From Octopus bimaculoides (Eukaryota): a stretch of DNA of 64,000 bases. Position 1 is the first letter of the stretch, and each line of letters begins with the position of its first letter. The DNA lies in assembly GCF_001194135.2 (NCBI RefSeq), contig NC_068985.1, positions 35,785,154 to 35,849,153 on the forward strand, written 5' to 3'. Shown here one piece after another: positions 61,346 to 64,000 of the stretch. The notes below the pieces were generated by a model. It was not told the origin of the DNA and did no database searches. It saw only the letters and a program-made list of their open reading frames with translations. The translations under genes and the position numbers were made by a program.

Positions 61346-62788
61346 GTTTTACTTGACTCAACAGGTCTTCTCAAGCATATCATATTGCCTGACACATCAG
61401 GAATATTCTTAACAGAGTTAGACGCTGTGATCTCACATTAGTTGCCGGGTTTTCTCAATCACAGCGTATTTCCAAAGGTACCGGTTTCCTGTCATTGCCT
61501 TTGTGAGGCCCAATGTTTGAAGGTCATGCTTCACCACCTCATCCCATGTCTTCCTGGGTCTACCTTTTCCACAGGTTCCTTCTACAGTTAGGGAGTGGCA
61601 CTTACTCACGCAGCTGTCTTCATGCATATGTAACACATGACCATACCAGCGCAGTCACCTCTCTTGCACACCACATTTGATGCTTCTTATGCCCAACTTT
61701 TCTCTCAGAGTGCTTACACTCTGTCGTGTATGCACACTGGCATTACACATCCAGCGTATCATACTAGCATCATTTCTTTCAAGCCTATGCATCTCCTCAG
61801 TATTCATGGTCCATGTTGCACTGCCGTGTAGCATGGCAGTTCACACACATGCATCATACAGTCTACCTTTCACCCTGAGTGAGAGGCCCTTAGTTGCCAG
61901 CAGAGGTAGGAGCTCCCTGAACTTTGCCCAGGCTATTCTTACTCTAGTTGCTACACTCTCAGAGCAACCACCCCCACTACACACTTGGTCGCCTAGGTAG
62001 TAGAAGCTATTAACTACTTCTAGTTTCTTCCCCTGGTATGTGATGGAATCTGTTTTCTGTACATCTTCAGTGTTTATTGTCCCAGTGAATCTGTCACGTT
62101 GTTTTGTGTATTGTTTGTGGGAGAATTTGATTTGCCAGATGCTCTTCCTAGTGTTAATCTCTCAGAATTGCTTGGATATACCACAATAACTCTGGGATTG
62201 AACTTTGGTCATGAGGTCAGTGGTCCAGTATTTTCTCCTTAGTCATTGTACCTGAAATTAAAATGATATTCAAATTATGTTATGTTTAACCCAATGAAAC
62301 ACAAGTTGAGAAATTAACTTTAAAAATGCTATACCATGTTGTAAATAGTATTGTGAAGTTAAGAATGATAAATTTTCTTTAGTTGAAAGTAACTTTAAAA
62401 GAAATTATATCTTTACTGTAAGTTATATATTGTGACCTCTACCACCACCGCTACATACACCTAATTTAACAGTACCCTACTCATTGAAGCTTAAATTCTA
62501 TCCCTCCTCCATCTCAGGTAGTTCCTCAGCAATCTCTAAATTTTTTCACTGTGACATTTATAACTATGTAAAAGCTTCAATCTAGGATTTTCCCATTACT
62601 CTGGTTAAAAACCTCTATCTTCTCTAAAATAATTTGCTATATTAATGAACTCTTAGTTTTAACAGTTACTTACAGCTTTTTAAACATATCACTTAATTAA
62701 AAATTTTCAGTTGTGGTTTTGCTGTTTACTCCACTTGGCTTATTCTGTAGTAGCCATGCATATCCTTTTCGGTAATTTCATATAAATG

Positions 62789-64000
62789 TGGGACAGGCAT
62801 GAAACCCTACATCTCAGATTTTCACCAAATTTTGACCAGTTGTTCCTAAGAACAGAAAAAGTGCAAACTTTCAAGCCCCAACTCCCAATGGTTCAAAAGA
62901 TATGACGATTTGAAATTTTGGCTCAAATCATCCATTTTAGGCTGGTGGCAGCCATCTTGAATTTCAATGCCACAACAAATAATGTAATAACTTTCAATCC
63001 ACATGGACTATTTTTCTGAAATTTGTACCTGACCATTTTGTTTGGTGCTGAATCTAAATTTGAAGAGAAAAGAGTGTATTTCTCATGGTGAAGTGCTTGT
63101 TTTCTTGAATCAAAATGAAAACACTTCACTGTTTTCCCCCAACACTGTTGTGTACTGAAAGCCAAATTCCCAGAAGTGCCCAAATCCTTTTAGGTTTAAA
63201 ACGTTTTGCACATAAACTGGGCATCATCTTTTATTTGTGTATGAAAAATCTCAATGGTACGCTTTAGACATCAGAAGTTACAAACCACTATTTTCCAACC
63301 ACTATCACAGGAAACACAGAAATCAGAGGAAATTGTCACTTCCTGTTTTCTTCAAATTCTGTTCCCACAATGGTAATGTCAGTACAGCTGATTCTGGTGT
63401 TGGTTTAAGTTGTGTTATTGTCACTTCATCATGTGTAAACATTCATTTTGGACAGCATAATGTTTCCCTGTTATGAAATGGGAAGCCATATTTGTGATTT
63501 TAATAATTTTTCTTCAGTTTGTTTGTGTTTTGATCATCAAGGCATGATATTCAATTTAAGCAATGGACAACAACTGACAGAACTGAACTCGTCACTGTGT
63601 TACTGTCTGTTCAAGAATTTATTGACCTTCTGACAGAAAAAATTGGCAAAATCACCTTGCATTCATTCATTGCTCGTGCTCAGTTAACTTATTTGAAATA
63701 CCTCAAAGAAACCGATAGGGTCAAATGAGACCATAGTTTTAGTAGACTTCACTGAAAATTATTCATTTGTTGTGCAAGATAAAATCCAGGGATACCACTA
63801 GAATAAGATCCACTGCTCACTCCATCCTGTGGTTGTCTATTTTCGCAATCAAACTGTGCTTGACAATTCTTCCATTTGCATCATTGATGATGTGGATCAT
63901 AATATTGGTTTTGTTCACAAGGTTCTGCAGGAGACAACCGGTCACATAAAGGCTGAATCCTACAATTGAAGTCATTCATTATTTTTCAGATGTTTGTACT
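62789..64000 (+). mobile_element. Sola-like DNA transposon remnant, runs off the window
   Basis: Decayed transposase from about 63545: QFKQWTTTDRTEL, HSFIARAQ, VDFTENYSFVVQDKIQGYH*, LHPVVVY and IHYFSD. Superfamily assignment is from recalled motifs and the left end is approximate. Confidence 0.6.

Noticed and set aside
55930-64000. Search for ILRUN exon 2 (expected NLQAAIGAYYD-like peptide)
   Set aside because: No matching exon was seen by eye, so it is presumably beyond the window.

Overview
This is AT-rich, repeat-dense eukaryotic genomic DNA with seven N gaps. The SINE and RTE families look like those of an octopus draft assembly (inference, not a database result). Two host genes are on the + strand. 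The first is a complete NAP1 / NAP1L1-like histone chaperone gene with a probable non-coding first exon ending at 7703 and 15 coding exons from 14657 to 30679. All of these introns are GT-AG and in phase, giving about 391 aa by manual splicing and ending in the CaaX-type motif CKQQ. The second is the first coding exon of ILRUN (C6orf106) at 55772-55929, whose next exon I could not find in the window. The rest is transposon debris: nested piggyBac, hAT with a perfect 8-bp TSD, three mariners, Tigger, Helitron, Sola-like, L1/Tx1, RTE, R4/Dong-like, Penelope-like, SINEs and MITEs. The most interesting non-gene signal is a Type I hammerhead-ribozyme fold at 52139-52199 inside a 350-bp tandem unit with an adjacent inverted copy, resembling a retrozyme or Penelope pseudo-LTR. 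A second, decayed hammerhead-like motif lies at 45859-45894. Also notable are candidate alternative or poison exons in the NAP1 acidic tail, a 77-nt intronic hairpin, and an ORF1-only LINE-like insertion.
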